Shown: piece by piece, positions 18,647-54,913 of the stretch
Layout of the letters: each line of letters starts with the position of its first letter
Numbering within the stretch: the stretch's first letter is position 1
Notes under the pieces: model-generated
Told to the model about the DNA's origin: nothing
Seen by the model: the letters and a program-made list of their open reading frames with translations, nothing else
Database searches by the model: none
Assembly: GCA_044892525.1 (NCBI GenBank)
Contig: CM097885.1
Coordinates: 45,510,001 to 45,574,000 of the forward strand
DNA: 64,000 nucleotides
Reading direction: 5' to 3'
DNA from: Schmidtea polychroa
Lineage: Eukaryota
Translations under genes and position numbers: made by a program

Positions 18647-19167
18647 TTAATTTTTATTCATATATCTACAGAAAATATACATTATAACAACTCCAGTTGT
18701 AAGTTTTATATAGTTTTTAAATTTCATTTTCTGTTCATCTATTTCCTTCGCATTTCTGGCGAGTTGATTCAGTACGCCCCATCCGCCATTGGCTTCAATC
18801 CATGGTTGAAACTTTGACTTGATTATCTAGAAAATAAATATTAATAAAATATAGATTATAAAAGTATTACTTCTTGAGACCACTGATAATAATGTTCCGA
18901 GTCCCATAAACTTTTTCCGATTATGATCTTCATATAAGCGAACCCTACTAGTATTCGGGTCCACTTCACCTCATCGTCACATAGGCAGTTAAAAATCCTA
19001 TAAAAATATAATTTTTTCGTTTCGAGGCAATCGGAATTGAGCACATCCTCATAATCGATATGATTTCCTTCGATAATGTTTTCGGTCCGGTCCACCAGGA
19101 AACTCAGGCTTTCCACAATCTTCTTGTTGATAACTTCGCTTAAAAGATTTTCCATAAAATGAGACAT
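18647..19167 (-). CDS. Two-exon Bcl-2-family protein (158 aa) carried by the Polinton
   Basis: Exon 1 (19167-18871, 99 codons) has a BH1-like segment FYRIFNCLCDDEVKWTRILVGFAY. A 44-nt GT-AG intron spans 18870-18827. Exon 2 (18826-18647) is in frame: IIKSKFQPWIEANGGWGVL (BH2) ... YIKLTTGVVIMYIFCRYMNKN* (tail anchor). Confidence 0.88.
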
Positions 19168-19258
19168 TTCTACAAGTGTGTGCTAACACAATACTATAAA
19201 TTTTATAATATTCGACTATGTTTTTAGTTAACCATGATTTGTGATAGAAATTTGAAAT

Positions 19259-20334
<1,076 letters not shown>

Positions 20335-21203
20335 AACAATTACCAAATTTTTTCTTTTTATATTACTATAAAATATTATGATCATTTCACGAGTCTCTTG
20401 AATTAAAAATTTTGGGCTGATTTCAATATTCTCCTCATTTATAGAGATTCCAAAATAACTAAATTGACGAAACCTTTAATAGAATTTCGTGAATCACACT
20501 GCAAAACAATGCATTTAAAAATTTGATTAATTAATTTATTAAAAATTTTAAAAACTAAGTGATCGGACGTTTCGGATTTGAGTTGTTTGTTCTTCAAAGA
20601 AAATTGTGCAGGAGTATTCCGCATAAGACATGTAACAATTATAAAATTTTCAAAAAAGAAGAGGAAAAAGTTGCTTCTTCTTTTTTTCCATAAAATGTAT
20701 AGTTGTATAATGATAATTTGTACATTTTAAGTTGTGTACAATATTACACCTTTCTAATGAAAATCAAAAAATCATGCAGAGGTTTAGTATCAAGTGGATT
20801 TGAGTTGCTTGACACTCAGTGATTTGAACATGTCCCGCATTTCAATAAAAAAAATCTGGTAACTTTACTTTAATATCACCGATTATATTTTTATTATTTT
20901 AATTAAGTGGATTTAAAATTAAAATAAATAACAAAAATTATTAAACTTAACACTGATGGCCTAGCAAAATAGTATTTAGTATAAAGGATGATTACTTGGT
21001 AGCAGCATTAATTAAATTTTAAAACAATTAAATGATAATTTAAGTCTTTTGCTGCGAATATATTTAATACAAATGAAAGGTTTTTGGCTATAAGATAGTT
21101 ATTTTCAAATTCAATTAAATTGAAAAGAACTATCTTATAGTTGAAAATTTCTTCATTTGTATAAAATATATTATTCGCAGCAAAGGGCTTAAATTATGAT
21201 TTA

Positions 21204-24200
21204 GGGAGCATCCATTAAGGACGTCCCCTAAGAGGGAGGGGGAGGGGGTCTCTACAGAGGGGACATATTGGGACAATGAGAGGAGGGGGTCCAAGTGCTT
21301 AGGACATCCTCAGAATAAACCTAATACCTACCCAACACCCCTATTATTTGAATATTATTTTCTCCCATCTCTTAGTAAGAGTTGCAAACTTGTAGCCTAT
21401 AACCTAGCACCCCATTTAATTAAATTATGCTCCTGCCTCAATATTAATTTAATATTACAGTTTTGTCCCAGCACTAAAGATGCAGCATAGTGATTCAGTG
21501 AATGAATGTAAAAGAATCTGCAGCAGCACTCTGTGACTCACATATCTGAATCTTCTAGCCCACAGTATAGAATGCTAGTACATATCGTACTGACACTTCT
21601 TGACCCCGAGTTACCCGACAGCATTATAGCTGGAATCACCTCTCCTATCCCTTGTTACTGCATCAATCTGTGGTTGCATAGTCAATGTCTAGCAATATCC
21701 AGCTGTAGTAGCTTGGATTAAAAACATTAAATTTTTATATTATTTAGCTTCAGCTGTTTTTGTATAAATATAATATTATTTTTGCAGTAATACAGTATTT
21801 TAATTGTTTAAATTATTTTAATTGTTAAAATATCCATGGCTGACTACCAAACATTTTACAAACTTTACTGTTCTGCATACCAATACATCAACAAAGAAAA
21901 GCAACAACGAGATGCCAATGAAAAATGGAAACAAATTAAAAACAATCCAGATGCTTATCGAGACAAACTGGTGGAGTTGGAAAATTTGAAAAAACGAAAA
22001 GCAGCTCAATCATGTCTTTTTTGAACCGGTCTTTTAAAAAAATAAAAGATACACCAAGCACGAATAATCAACATATTGAAGTACAAATAGACTCCAATAC
22101 AGTTGTAGAGGTTAATCAGCCCACAACAAATGAACTTATGATTGAAGAAAAAAAGAGATAAAAGAGACAGTTAAACACACACAAGACAATTTGAGTTTGA
22201 AAATTGAGAAACAAAAAAGTCTACTTCTGAAACTCCAAGATCTCAAAGAATCGGGATTGGCAACAAATGATAATTTTGTGCAGCTGAAGAAAGCAAAAGA
22301 ATGCCTAAGTGACGATGAAAAGCGATTGAAACTATTACAAAAAAGACGCAGAAAAAAAAGAAAAAAAAATGAGCTGAGCTAAGAGCAACTCTGAAAGATC
22401 TGTCAGATTCAAACCCACAACTGAAGAAATTTGCACGAGATAGAACTGGCCGTTCATCACTGGAAGAAACCCAATCTGATTTACATAATGCCATAATCGC
22501 TCTTGTGACACATGGTGATGGAGCTAACAGGAAGTGGCGTACTGAAATTCTCAATGCCTGCTGCGCATTGGAAGACCTAGTTTCTGAACCTAGAAAAATG
22601 GTTACATACTTAGTAGATTGGCTCTTTACTTACGTCTAATCCCACGCATGATCGACTCAAATGAAGGGAAGAATCACCTGAAATCCGTTGCTGACTTGTT
22701 TGGACCATCGGCAGTCTTTGTTCTATCAATAGATGACAAAGCCAAGGTGCCACTTGGTCTAGCAGCAGCAAGCAAACAGGCGCCAATTCTCATGTGTCTC
22801 GAATACGAAGTTCGCCTTCCTGATCATGATTTCGTCATTGCGGGCAGGCACAAACTTACTCCATCAGTGTATGCAGCCTGCGTCATCAAAGCACCAAATG
22901 AACATGCATCATTCGATATTTCTTATTCTGGGCCAATATACATCGCTATCAGAAGTGCGAAACATGATGGCAATACATCTTTCAGTCATGGTAGAGATGT
23001 CGAACACCTTATTGAATTAGAATCATTCCAAGAAGTTGCGAAGCTTAATGGAGTTGTTAAACCGATTTTTCTAGCCTTTGTAGATGGAGGACCAGGTGAA
23101 AATCCAAGATATCCAAAAACTTTGGCAGTGGCTGTTGATCGATTTAAAAAATACAATCTTGACGTCTATATCACAATGACACATGCACCAGGTTTATCGG
23201 CATTCAATTACGTTGAAAGACGAATGGCATCTCTCAGCAAAGAACTTGCCGGCCTCATTCTTCCTCACGACTCATATAGTAGCCATCTCAATGCTTCGGG
23301 ATGTACAATTTGGAAAAACAGAATTTTAAGAAAGCAGGTGAAGTGCTATCTGAAGTTTGGAAGAACATGACGTTAGATGGTCATCCTGTTCAGGCTGAGT
23401 ATGTAGAGAATGCTACACTGAGTGTTGAGAATGTAGATGAAAGATGGATGACACGTCACTGTAGAATTTCTCAGTATATGCTGATGATTGTGAAGTGTCA
23501 ATCTGTGAAATGTTGCAGCAAAATGCGAACAACCTGGTTAGAGGTATTTCCGGATCGTTTTCTACCAGCACCATTTCCAGTCAGAATTACATCCATTGAG
23601 CCAGATATACCAGATCCTAGCGATGTCAAGACAGGTGACAAATTAATGTCACTTTGGTAAAGGCTAGCCATTAAACTAAAGCCAGCATCCAGCAAAACTT
23701 ACAAAGGCGAGATACAGTATGATATGTACTGCCCAAGTTTAAAATCCAAGGATATTGAATCAAGGGTTTGCAAATCCTGCCAAATCTACATGCTCTCACA
23801 TGCAGCCATAATGCTTCATCGTAGAAATGGTGGCTGTTCAGGCACTTGTCAACAAAAACTGGTAATGGATGTTGAAGACGAAGCAGAAACTGAATGTCTG
23901 GAGACAACCGAAAAAAGCACAGCAGTTCAACAGAAATATCTTTGACATTTTCAGATCACCATGGGAAGACGAGTAAACATTAGACTGAAATAATTTAGGC
24001 TACTAATTAAAAGACAGATGCCTATATTAGCTTAATTAAATTTGTTTTAAAAAATGGATTCTCTTTTTAAATTTTGACAATTTTTACTAAAGCTTAAACA
24101 ATATTATGTATTACCAGCAACAAAATAATCTGCCTAATATTATAATTTTATGTTCTAAATTTCGTTTGAAAGAAGGGGAGTTATTTTTCGGAGGGATGTC

Positions 24201-24296
24201 CCCGGGGGGGGGGGGGTTCCAGAAAAGGGACATAAAAAGGACAAGGGGGGAGTGAAAAGTGATTATTTTTGGGGGACGTCCTTAATGGTTGCTCCA
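21204..24296 (+). mobile_element. Zator-like DNA transposon
   Basis: 25-bp TIRs GGGAGCATCCATTAAGGACGTCCCC / GGGGACGTCCTTAATGGTTGCTCCA, flanked by TTA on both sides (3-bp TSD). Contains a decayed transposase. Confidence 0.75.
21836..23976 (+). pseudogene. Zator-type DDE transposase, multiple stops and frameshifts
   Basis: Fragments with SIDDKAKVPLG, LPDHDF, HKLTPSVY, VDGGPGENPR and HAPGLSAFNYVERRM, plus a C-terminal Cys/His cluster. Confidence 0.75.
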
Positions 24297-24881
24297 TTAA
24301 TTGATTTAAAATAGCGTTTAAATAGAAATAAATGTTATATTATCCAAACTATTTACCTTCGAAATGAAGAATGTACAAATTACAGGCCTTTTCCTCTTTT
24401 TTTAACTTTGTTTAAGAAAGTATTTATTAGAAGCTTCTAACACATCTTCTAAATTATTTTTTAAATCCATTTAAAAAGTTAACGTCATAATTCCAAGTAT
24501 TTATTTAATGAAATATTGTATAATTTTCAAACAAATTTTCAGCGTTGAATAAAATATTTTCAAAATCATTTATTAAAATTTCGATATTTAAAATATATTT
24601 ATTTAAGAATTATTCACTAATAAAACTTCATTCAAAAAGCTATTTTAATTTTTCAATTCAAAAATTTCAACTTAAAAAATCCAATTTAAAAATTATTTTA
24701 AAAGTTAATTTAATGGTTAATTATTTACAATTTAAAATTTTCTTAATAAATCATTAAAATATTTAATTCTCAGCTGAAAACACCTCACAGTATTAAATAT
24801 TCAGTAATAAATATAATAAGTATTACAACATTTAAAATAAAATAGAATACTTCGCAAAATTTACAATTTCATAACCAAATA

Positions 24882-26513
24882 CAGTCAACCCTCATTAATT
24901 CGAAAAATTAGAAATCGATTTCCTTTCGGATTGTGAATAAATTTAGATAATGAAGGAATTTTAAATCTATGATCGCCAGATTAATGATGAAATTATTAAG
25001 AAAAAGACAATTATTTATTTAAAAAGTCATCTAAAGTTTTTTGTAGAGTTTTCTTTTGAATGAATTTCTATAAATCATCTTCGACTTCTTTTAAATTTTT
25101 TACTGTATCATTGGTTATTTTTTGAGTAGAGCTGTTTGAAGAAGAACTTGCTTTGATGACAATTTCAATTGCATGGAATGAATTGCTTGGACTTATACTG
25201 TAACTGTCATCGACCTGACCATCTTCAGCACTAAGTACAACATCTATAATAGTGTATCATTCTCTACACAGTTAAATGATTTCATCATCATCCATGACTT
25301 CTTCTGTGTGAATTATATCCTCTTCAGCCATTATTTGGTCAAGCTCAATCTTGTGTGTCTTAAGAACGGGATCTGATGACAAGTTTCTTCAGCATAAGAT
25401 TCGCTTTAAAATTTTTATCATACCTGCATCCGTGGGTTGAAGATGAGCAGTTGAATTCTTCGGAAGCTTTATAACTTCAATGTTCTGAAAACATTTCATC
25501 AAGCTATGACTAGGAGCGTTATCAAGAAATAGATAAAATTTCTTTTTGTATTTTCTCAGTTCATCATCAAGATGCTGCATAAAACAATTAAAAAAAAATC
25601 GGTGGTCATCCATGCTTTCAAATTTGCGTGGTAATTACAGTATCTTGCAACATTAAATCCTTTAAACATCTTGTATTCTTGCTATGTTTAATAACAAAAG
25701 GTGTTTGAACATAAAGCTATGATTATTCTAATTTTAGATTGTTTTATGCCATTTCTTTCACTTGATGAAATCTTGTAGGAAATGTTTGAAAAAAAGTCAA
25801 GTTTCATCCAATTTGAGTATAACTTCTGGGTCAAAAAGAGCAAATATTCAAACATTTTTTTCTATGGGCTGAAACAACATCATTCATTGAATTTGCTTCT
25901 CCCTGGAGAACTTTCAATTTCAGATTAAATCGGTTTTTGAATCTATAGAGTCATCCTTTCCTGAATTGCAGGTCATCAACATTTAGTTTTTGTCCAAATT
26001 CCTTTGCCTTTGTAATGTTAATTATATTGCATCCATTCGATCAATGAATTCACAAGCAGAGAATGAATTTTCGAAAATTGTCGTAAGTGTTTGAGCTTTC
26101 ACAATTTTCCCATCTCTCTTGATTTTTCAAAATTTGTGATAACGTATAAATTGCTAGGTCCATGTTAAATTATCGTCTGATAATTTGAGATAATTCACTC
26201 AGCGCCATTTTTTTCGACTCCTTTATTGCACAAATTTTTGCCTATTGATGAATTGTAATTTCTGTTCTTTTTCTAGCCATATGGATATTTAATTAAAATA
26301 AATTAAAATTGTAAACAAGCTTAATATTTAAACAATATCAATCCGAAACTTTTAAAAATTAGAAATTTAATTAAAAATATAGTTTTCCAATTGCGAGTCA
26401 TGAAATTTAGGATTAATGAATCAAATTTGTCTGGAAACGTTCGAAAATTGACGAAATAAATAAATTTTTTTCGGAAAATGAAGTTTTCGGATTATTGAAG
26501 TTCGGGCTGACTG
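24882..26513 (-). mobile_element. Decayed pogo/Tigger-like (Tc1-mariner superfamily) transposon
   Basis: TA|CAGTC...GACTG|TA ends. Residual DDE_1 motifs FLDNAPSH and LPKNSTAHLQPTDAGMIK at 25389-25613. Confidence 0.8.
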
Positions 26514-26897
26514 TACTAGAAAATGAGGAATAGAACTAATCCATATTAAACGTCGTGGGAAAAAACAATTCAATCTTCATTTAAAATGCTCTGAATTTGA
26601 AATAAATAAAAAACAATTAATTCAAAAAATAATTGATTCCTAAAAAACAGACTAGAGAAAATCCTTTTTTCACTGAAATTCATAACGAAAAGAGATTTTC
26701 ATCAAACAACAGGAAATAATTAACTAATTAAATAAAACCGAACAACAATAAGAAATAGTAATATACATATATAATGCGTCTTAATGCATAAAATATATTA
26801 CACAAATTATCGATCCATCAGCCGAATAAAGTGCGATAACATAACAATTTTAAATTATTAGAAACGTAATTTCATAAATCCAAAATTAAAATGCAAT

Positions 26898-41450
<14,553 letters not shown>

Positions 41451-43517
41451 TAATAGAGAAAGGAAAATAAATTTATGATATTCTTCTTAATTTAAGAAAT
41501 AACTTACAGTCACCTCTAAGAAGTAAAGGATTTAAACAATAGTAAATATTAATTTATGTTTTAAAATATCATATGTCAAAAAAATTTTAATAGAACTCGC
41601 CAGGCCAATTTGGATTTTTGGCATTTATATTTTAGTTAAAAGAAAATAGATTTAAGATTAAATTTATTATATCATAATTTTTAGAAAACCATTTAATATT
41701 CAATAACTTCCGAATTCATACAAGCTGGAATATATTTAAAAAACATGTCAACAATATCCTTCGCAATTATTAGGAGTTAGTAATGTACCTCATTTTTAAA
41801 TAGATACCATCAAAGATGTCTCGTCACGTAGATTAGCTCTAGGGACTAAATTATTTCATTTTGAAATCATTTTCTCAATACGATTGAAAAACGGCCAAAT
41901 CCAAACCCATGCACTGATAAATTAATCCCGATTTGCGATAATCCATCATGTTTGTGAGAAATATCATAGATTTAAAAATATCTAAAATAATGAAATGGAA
42001 CAATAGATCATACAATACCAACTTTGGATAATTTCAAAACAACGTCATGTCGATTATAATGCCATGCTTCTGATTTTTCACCAACCACTGTGTGATTTCC
42101 CGTTGATTGCAACACACTGATACATTAATGACTTCACATGAGAGAAAGAATAATCCCCTGCTATACATATGCGTCACAAGTACAAGACTCAGTTTTAACT
42201 AATGACTAACATATAACTTACAGAACTAAAATATATTTATGTTGATATCTTTACTGATTTATAGTCAATTTTTTAATAAATACAAATTCAAATAAAAATA
42301 AATCAGAGATGAAATTCGAAAGAAGTTGAAATCTTTTCAGGGACAACTTATTTACTGCTCTAGAATGGACTTGGTTCAGTAGATATAAGTGTTACTACCA
42401 AGCGGAACGACTAAATCGATGTTATTGGTAACTCGAAGTAGCGTGTTTAAGCTCAAAGAGATGAGGAAGGTAACTAATGTCAATAAAGTATGATAGAATA
42501 AAAATCCTCGCTCAGAGATTACAGATGACGGCGTTGAAGACCAAAATTCGTAAATTATAAGGTGAACATGAGATAATAACATCTCTACTCATCACAGTGA
42601 TGAGAGCAGGATAGAGCGCTCCGAGATGCACCAGACCCACAAATATTAATGGAAAGGCAGAAATCCAAACCGGTAAAACTTGAGCGCATTAAGCTTAAGC
42701 AATGAAAAATTGCGAGCCCTATAAAGCAAGCACGTAAAACGACACAATTAAATGAGCTGGATGATTCCTGCACTGAGAAAAAGATCTGTGGTCTTAAAGT
42801 AATTTATTGTAAGTTTTCTCGGGCTAGTAAATATTTTGGTCTTTAAATATATTTTCTCTTTGGAGAAAGTGACACATGACCATAGATAAATTTGGTGCAA
42901 AAAAGAAGATAATTACAGAAGCAAAATATTGGACCAGTGAAATGAGTCACAGGTGGCTTGTGAACCCGATATGTGTCCTGGTAATAGTAATCCTTAAATA
43001 ATAAATCACCTTTGTGAATGACAGCCCACTCACGACACAGTTGTAACATTCTATAATAACGAGTAACAAGTGGTGATGGATATTAATTTTGTATGGTGTT
43101 ATTTAACGAAATAAAAATTTAAAAATCAGTCCAACGTAATAACCAACTACTATAACCCAACCACAATAACTCAACATTTTGTTTGTACTCATCAGAATGT
43201 TTGTTGGAAAAAAATTTTAATTTTAGATTTCAAGAAATATTATACTAAAAACTTTAGAATTTTTTCACATTTTAAAAAATGATTTATTTACATTAACTAA
43301 CATTTTTATAATTTGCAAGTATTTTTTAACTAAATAAAGAAAATTAAATATTACGATAATATCAAATTATAAAAGTTATGTAATTACTGATAACACTTAT
43401 TATGAATAATTTCAGTTCTTAAAATAAATCGACCTTGAAAATATTAAATTGTATAAATTTCAAATAGACTGTTTCAAATTATTATTCAAATTTTCAATTT
43501 CAATAACTTATTTAAAA

Positions 43518-49615
<6,098 letters not shown>

Positions 49616-51022
49616 TTGTCATTTTATACATGATATATTTTATATTTTTATGACATATCCAAGATAAATTTTGTATGTTTTGTTAAATGAATATCAGTAA
49701 TAGTTTTTATTGATTTCTTAAAATAAATTATTTTTGATAATGGCTGTTGTATAATTTATTGGGAATATTGGGAATATTGGGAATCCCTGTCTTTCGATTT
49801 ATGCAGTTTCAGTTAAATGGCGTTGTGATGAAAAAACATTTTTATTTCTTTAATTATTATTTAAATGGCGATAAGATTAATTATGATAAAAGTAATAATT
49901 TTATTAACAAATAAAATTGAGATTTAAAATCGTAGCATGTATAAGAATGTTTATAATACAGACCAAAAATTTCCAAAGTTATTGTGCAAGAAATGGTTCA
50001 GGAATGTGCGAACAGATGACTATTGCGCAAGTTTTCAAAATAAATAAATATCGTTGTTAACTCATGAGAATGGAAGGAGAACCGTCCTTTTGGGTACTAG
50101 TCTACTTTTTTAAATAAGTTTAGTTTTTTGAAGATCAGATTTTATGGTTATTTGCACCAATTTCTTTTTGCATTTAGCAGAAAAATGTATAATGAAAATC
50201 ATTTATTTTTAAATTTATACTTAGGGGTTTTGGTAAAATTATTATGATGGGCCATAAAATTGTGCCACAGCAAAGTTTAATAAGATGAAACCATTATAAC
50301 AAATAATCTACGCCATCCATCCACTTGTTATAGTCTTGAATTAGGTTTCGTTGTGAAAAGCGAACTATTGCTGTTACAAATCAACACTTTGTTCTGTAAG
50401 AGGTTTGTGGATGCCATTTAAGGATATAAATTTTCCTATAATAGCAATAGCCAAAACTTTCTCGACCTCCTTATATTTTTATTAGATTTTAATAGGTCTG
50501 ATCCACTGCGGATTACACCTTTTGTACAAAATCCATTTTCCTTTGAGCCTTGTATACATATTTCCCACCATATATATATATATATATATTTCCCATTATG
50601 GCCTCTATGATATGACGCCATTAGAGACTCCAATTAATTTTTAACATTTTTCCATGTAATCAAATACCAATCCAACATTCTTCCCCCTCTGTGACATAAT
50701 TCTCTTTATCATATTGGGTTTGGATTAATTTCTCTGTTATCCTATATCCTTCATGATTTTTTCTTTTTGCCATTCAGATCACTATTCTCCAGGCACTTCA
50801 ATCTTCTATGGATAGAATGGGAAATCTTACGTCTTGTTTTTAATTCATTGGGATATTCTAAATAAACTTAATAAAAAATTCCTTCAACATCATTATTTGT
50901 AGATCTTTCATATTTTTTATTATTTGACCATTCCATTTCTCCAGTTGGAAGTTCTTCGATTATAGCAGTTGCTTACAAGGAATTTGCGTTAAAATAATAT
51001 AATGAATTTTTACCTTCTTCAT

Positions 51023-53641
51023 TAGGGTGGAGCGAAAAAAATACTTGTTCACAATCAATTCAGCATAGTGTAGAAAAGACGTACCAATACCAGTTACAAA
51101 CATGTGCAAAATATAATAAATCATAAAAATATTTTTAGGCTCCCCCAATGCAATCTAAATAAGGTATGTCGAGTTGATTTTTAGAGCACGCGATTGACGA
51201 CAAAGGGCATAACTGTATAGTGTTTACTATACAGTGTATAGCGTATATCAACCAGGGCTTCCAGTGCATATGTTAAGTGTAAGTTTAATAAGAAAATTGT
51301 TGTATGTTTTCGTATGTTCTCGTATGTTCAATAAGAAGATTGTCGAGCCCGAAAGAGTCACCGATAAAATGTGTTGGGACAATCGGGGTGTGTGCTGTGT
51401 AACAAATAAAATATAAAAATAATAATCAACAATAATATAGATTGTAACAAAACTTTATTCAAAACAAAATTAAAAACCTTGAGTCCGGAGGTAGGTCAGT
51501 TAGGTCTCGAAATAATCTCAATGTAATGAATTTGAGGAATTAGGCTGAGATTCAGTAAATAATTCGAATTTCCTAATTTACTTGTTCTTTGACAATGTAA
51601 TGAATTTGAGGGATTAGGCTGAGATTCAGTAAATGATTCGAATTTCCTAATTTACTTGTTCTTTGACAATGTAATGAATTTGAGGGATTAGGCTGAGATT
51701 CAGTAAATGATTCGGTTGAAGGTATTTGTGTATTTATAGAAGATACAATTCTAGAAGTTGAAATGAAAATACTTTTTGTACTTGTAACTGTTTCAAAAGT
51801 TTCTAGTGGTTCTAGATGAATTAACTTTTTAAAAACCGTCTGGGAAATCCTTTGATTAGATCGTAGCTTTTCTATCTTTGATAAATCTTTTCTTATTGAT
51901 TTTTTTTTAATTTTCAATTTCCTATAGCGATAATTCACTATAGTTTTTTTTGAAAATCTGGGTTTTCCAGATGGTGACAATTTATATTTTAGTGTTCACA
52001 ATCCCTAATAACTATACATTACAGCATACATTACGTTTAACTTGATTTTGAACAATCCTAATTTGTTAGTTACTTACTTGTCGATTTACATATTCTATGA
52101 CGTCATTTACCTGAAGCGGAAGTTGTGCAACAGTGTTGTTTTTAGGCTATGTAATGTATTCTTTTTCATTTGCCAGACAGAGTAGTGTATCCGCTCACTG
52201 CATCCGTGTGGACTGTGTTGGAGCATCCGTTGTGTTCACTACATTTAGAACATTAGTTTATGAGATATTATAATAATGTTGTTGGTTAAAATAGCACATG
52301 ACAGTAATTATGAAATAAGACTGAATACTATTCACTGAATAGAATCTCTCATATGTAGTTTACATGGTATTTAGATTGTAGATTTGTAAATAATCTGACT
52401 ATTACATTTATCAAGCCTTATTATTGATAAAATAATTGTAGAGTAATAGTTCAGATATGGATCAAAGCACGAGGCAGGCAACTGCCCTACCGGTTTGTCC
52501 GGTATTCGGAGCTCCACTCGAACTTCCTGCCAATGTTCTTCCTACATACAGAGATGTTATGAAGTTCTATCTCCAAACCGCAGATACACTCACAAAGAAA
52601 AACAAGATGTATAAGTCCTCATTCGCTGATGTCGCCGATATCGTAATCGTTGATGTCATCAACATTTGGAGTAAAGCATCGGTACCAACTGTGTCATACA
52701 AACGAGCCGTCCAGTTACTGAAGGTGTACCACATCAAATTCACGAATCTTCTCAAACCGTACAAGAGTAGAAAGGACAACGACAGCTACATCGGCCGGAT
52801 TGACACATTTCGAAGGGAGGCCGACCATTTGTTTGACATTTGTAGCTGCAAGTGTCCTGACACATACAAATGTACTTGTGACAAATCACGGAAAGTTCCA
52901 GCCAAGGAGATACCATTTTTAATGGATCAGAGAGGTGACAGAAAAATGATGATAGGAAAAGAAGATGTGACAGAGACAAGAAGACTACGCAAGCAAAAGA
53001 AGCGCAAAGCCACCGAAAGCGAATGACTGCACAGACTACACCGAAATGATTGACTGGTCAACAGTGAGTGTGACGGAGCCACCAGTCACAATGAGTATCA
53101 GTGACGATGACCTCCGACAGTTCATACGTGAACCAACTACGCTCGTGGTCAAATTCAACAGATACCCATGCCACACGCAGGCTGTGGAGAAGTGCATCAA
53201 GGTGGTGACTGAGGCATCTCAGTCTGTGTGTGGTGAGAAACGACGAGACGGTTTTATCCGTACAAGACTGGAGTCTAGGGCAAAAATGCCCGTTTTCGAC
53301 ACAAAACGGGACTTCAATATGTGACAGTCATATCGACTCATTTGAATGTGTGTGTTTTTATTGAGACAATATATGTTAACACTGTGCCAAAACTGCGTAA
53401 AAACGTTTCTGATAATATAGAAGCAAATTGTATCAAAATTTTTCAGTATATTATAATTAAACATTTTCGGTAAAAGATGTCCAAATATTGTCATTTTCAT
53501 CGCTCGTGGGGGAGCCTAAGATATCAACTTATCAAGTTGAACTTTTAATATCTTTTAGATGACAACACTCCACGTCTTGTCATGCTATTCCAAGTAAAAA
53601 CTCTCAAAATGATTTTTTTTCTCACTTTTCACTCCACCCTA
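51023..53641 (+). mobile_element. Internally deleted hATm-like transposon
   Basis: TIRs TAGGGTGGAGCGAAAA / TTTTCACTCCACCCTA. 8-bp TSD TTCTTCAT/TTCTTTAT (7 of 8 match). ORFs 52457-53026 and 53046-53324 match the N- and C-termini (PCHTQAVE) of the transposase at 61141-63373. Confidence 0.85.
51520..51715. repeat. ~75-bp tandem repeat, about 2.6 copies
   Basis: AATGTAATGAATTTGAGG(A/G)ATTAGGCTGAGATTCAGTAAAT recurs at ~51520, ~51594 and ~51668. Confidence 0.85.
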
Positions 53642-54913
53642 TTCTTTATTCACTTCGTCATTTACTTCGACATGTCTATCTCAATAAACTCCAGAGACTC
53701 TTCCTCTTACTTCTCTTTCTATAAATCATTTCTATAAATCCACTTTCTATAAGACTTTCTATGATCATGTTTTATCCTTGAAATATTTCAATTCTACTTT
53801 TGCATCCTGCTAACCATGTAAGTCCTGGACATGAATGGATCTATTTGTTAATTTTTAATACAGATATTTCTAAAATTCTCGAATACATCTGTCAAGAGAC
53901 AAACATCCATCTTTAAATAATTCATGATTTATTCTTTGAAATTTCTACAATTAAGTTTATGCCATGTTGTTTTTGCATAATTATGAATTTAAATGAGAAT
54001 AAAAGAATCTTTTCTAGGTAAGATGTTTCTTCCATTTCTTGTCCAGTAATATATTCATAAGGGCAAATTCCTTCTCTCACTGGAATATCTTGGTAATATT
54101 TGTTGAATATTTTACACTCGGATGGTTTTAAAAGTGAAGCGAAATAATCCAAATCAAAATGCATCATTGTAAATGAATCAAGGAATCTAAAAATACCAAC
54201 TGTAAAAGAAGTATATTTTTCATCAGTATTTATTAGGACTTTCTTTATGTTTGAAGCTAATTGGGTGAATATTAAATGATTGTCATATCCACTAGCCTTA
54301 TGGACATAAATTAGGATGAACTTTTTTATTCTAGCTTTTAAATGGCATGAATTACATGCCATCCCTTTGAAATTATTTATACGATGTAAATGATTATGAT
54401 TCCTGACTTTATCAATGGCTTCTATATTACTATATATACATTTATCTGTTCCATTATATATTTTATTACCTGTTTCACTATGGTTTATTGCAGGGATCCT
54501 CAAACTACGGCCTGCGGGCCACATACAGCCCACCGGGTAAATTCTAATTTGTTTTTTTGTTATTACTAATTGAAACCATCGTTAGATTCCAAAAAAATGC
54601 ATGTTAAACATAATCCCGCTTATAATTTTCCCGTACTGTGGTGGAGGTAACATACTCACGCAACGGCTCGTTTTATTTACGAAGCAAGAATCGAGAACTA
54701 TCACTCCACTGTAGTATATGATCAATGATGTAGAATGAAAATTGCACCTTGTATTTCTGACAGATGTAACAGAGCTACTCAGCAGTTTCAATGTGCAAAT
54801 TCAAGGAGAAGGCAAGCTCGTCTGTCACATGCACTCACATGTGAAAGCATTTGCAGTTAAATTAGGCATCCTCATCAAAGACGTGAAGAAGGAAATTTTT
54901 TCCATCTTCCCAT

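Larger units (their letters stand above)
50600..54490 (-). pseudogene. Second, heavily decayed Polinton-type pPolB, split by a hATm-like insertion
   Basis: 53922-54480 has KVRNHNH..ACNSC, GYDNH, FRFLDSF and GICPYEY. 53650-53920 has LKMDVCLLTDVFENFR and PGLTW. After the insertion, ~50850-51020 has NANSL, EELPTG and VYLEYP. The distal boundary is uncertain. Confidence 0.75.
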
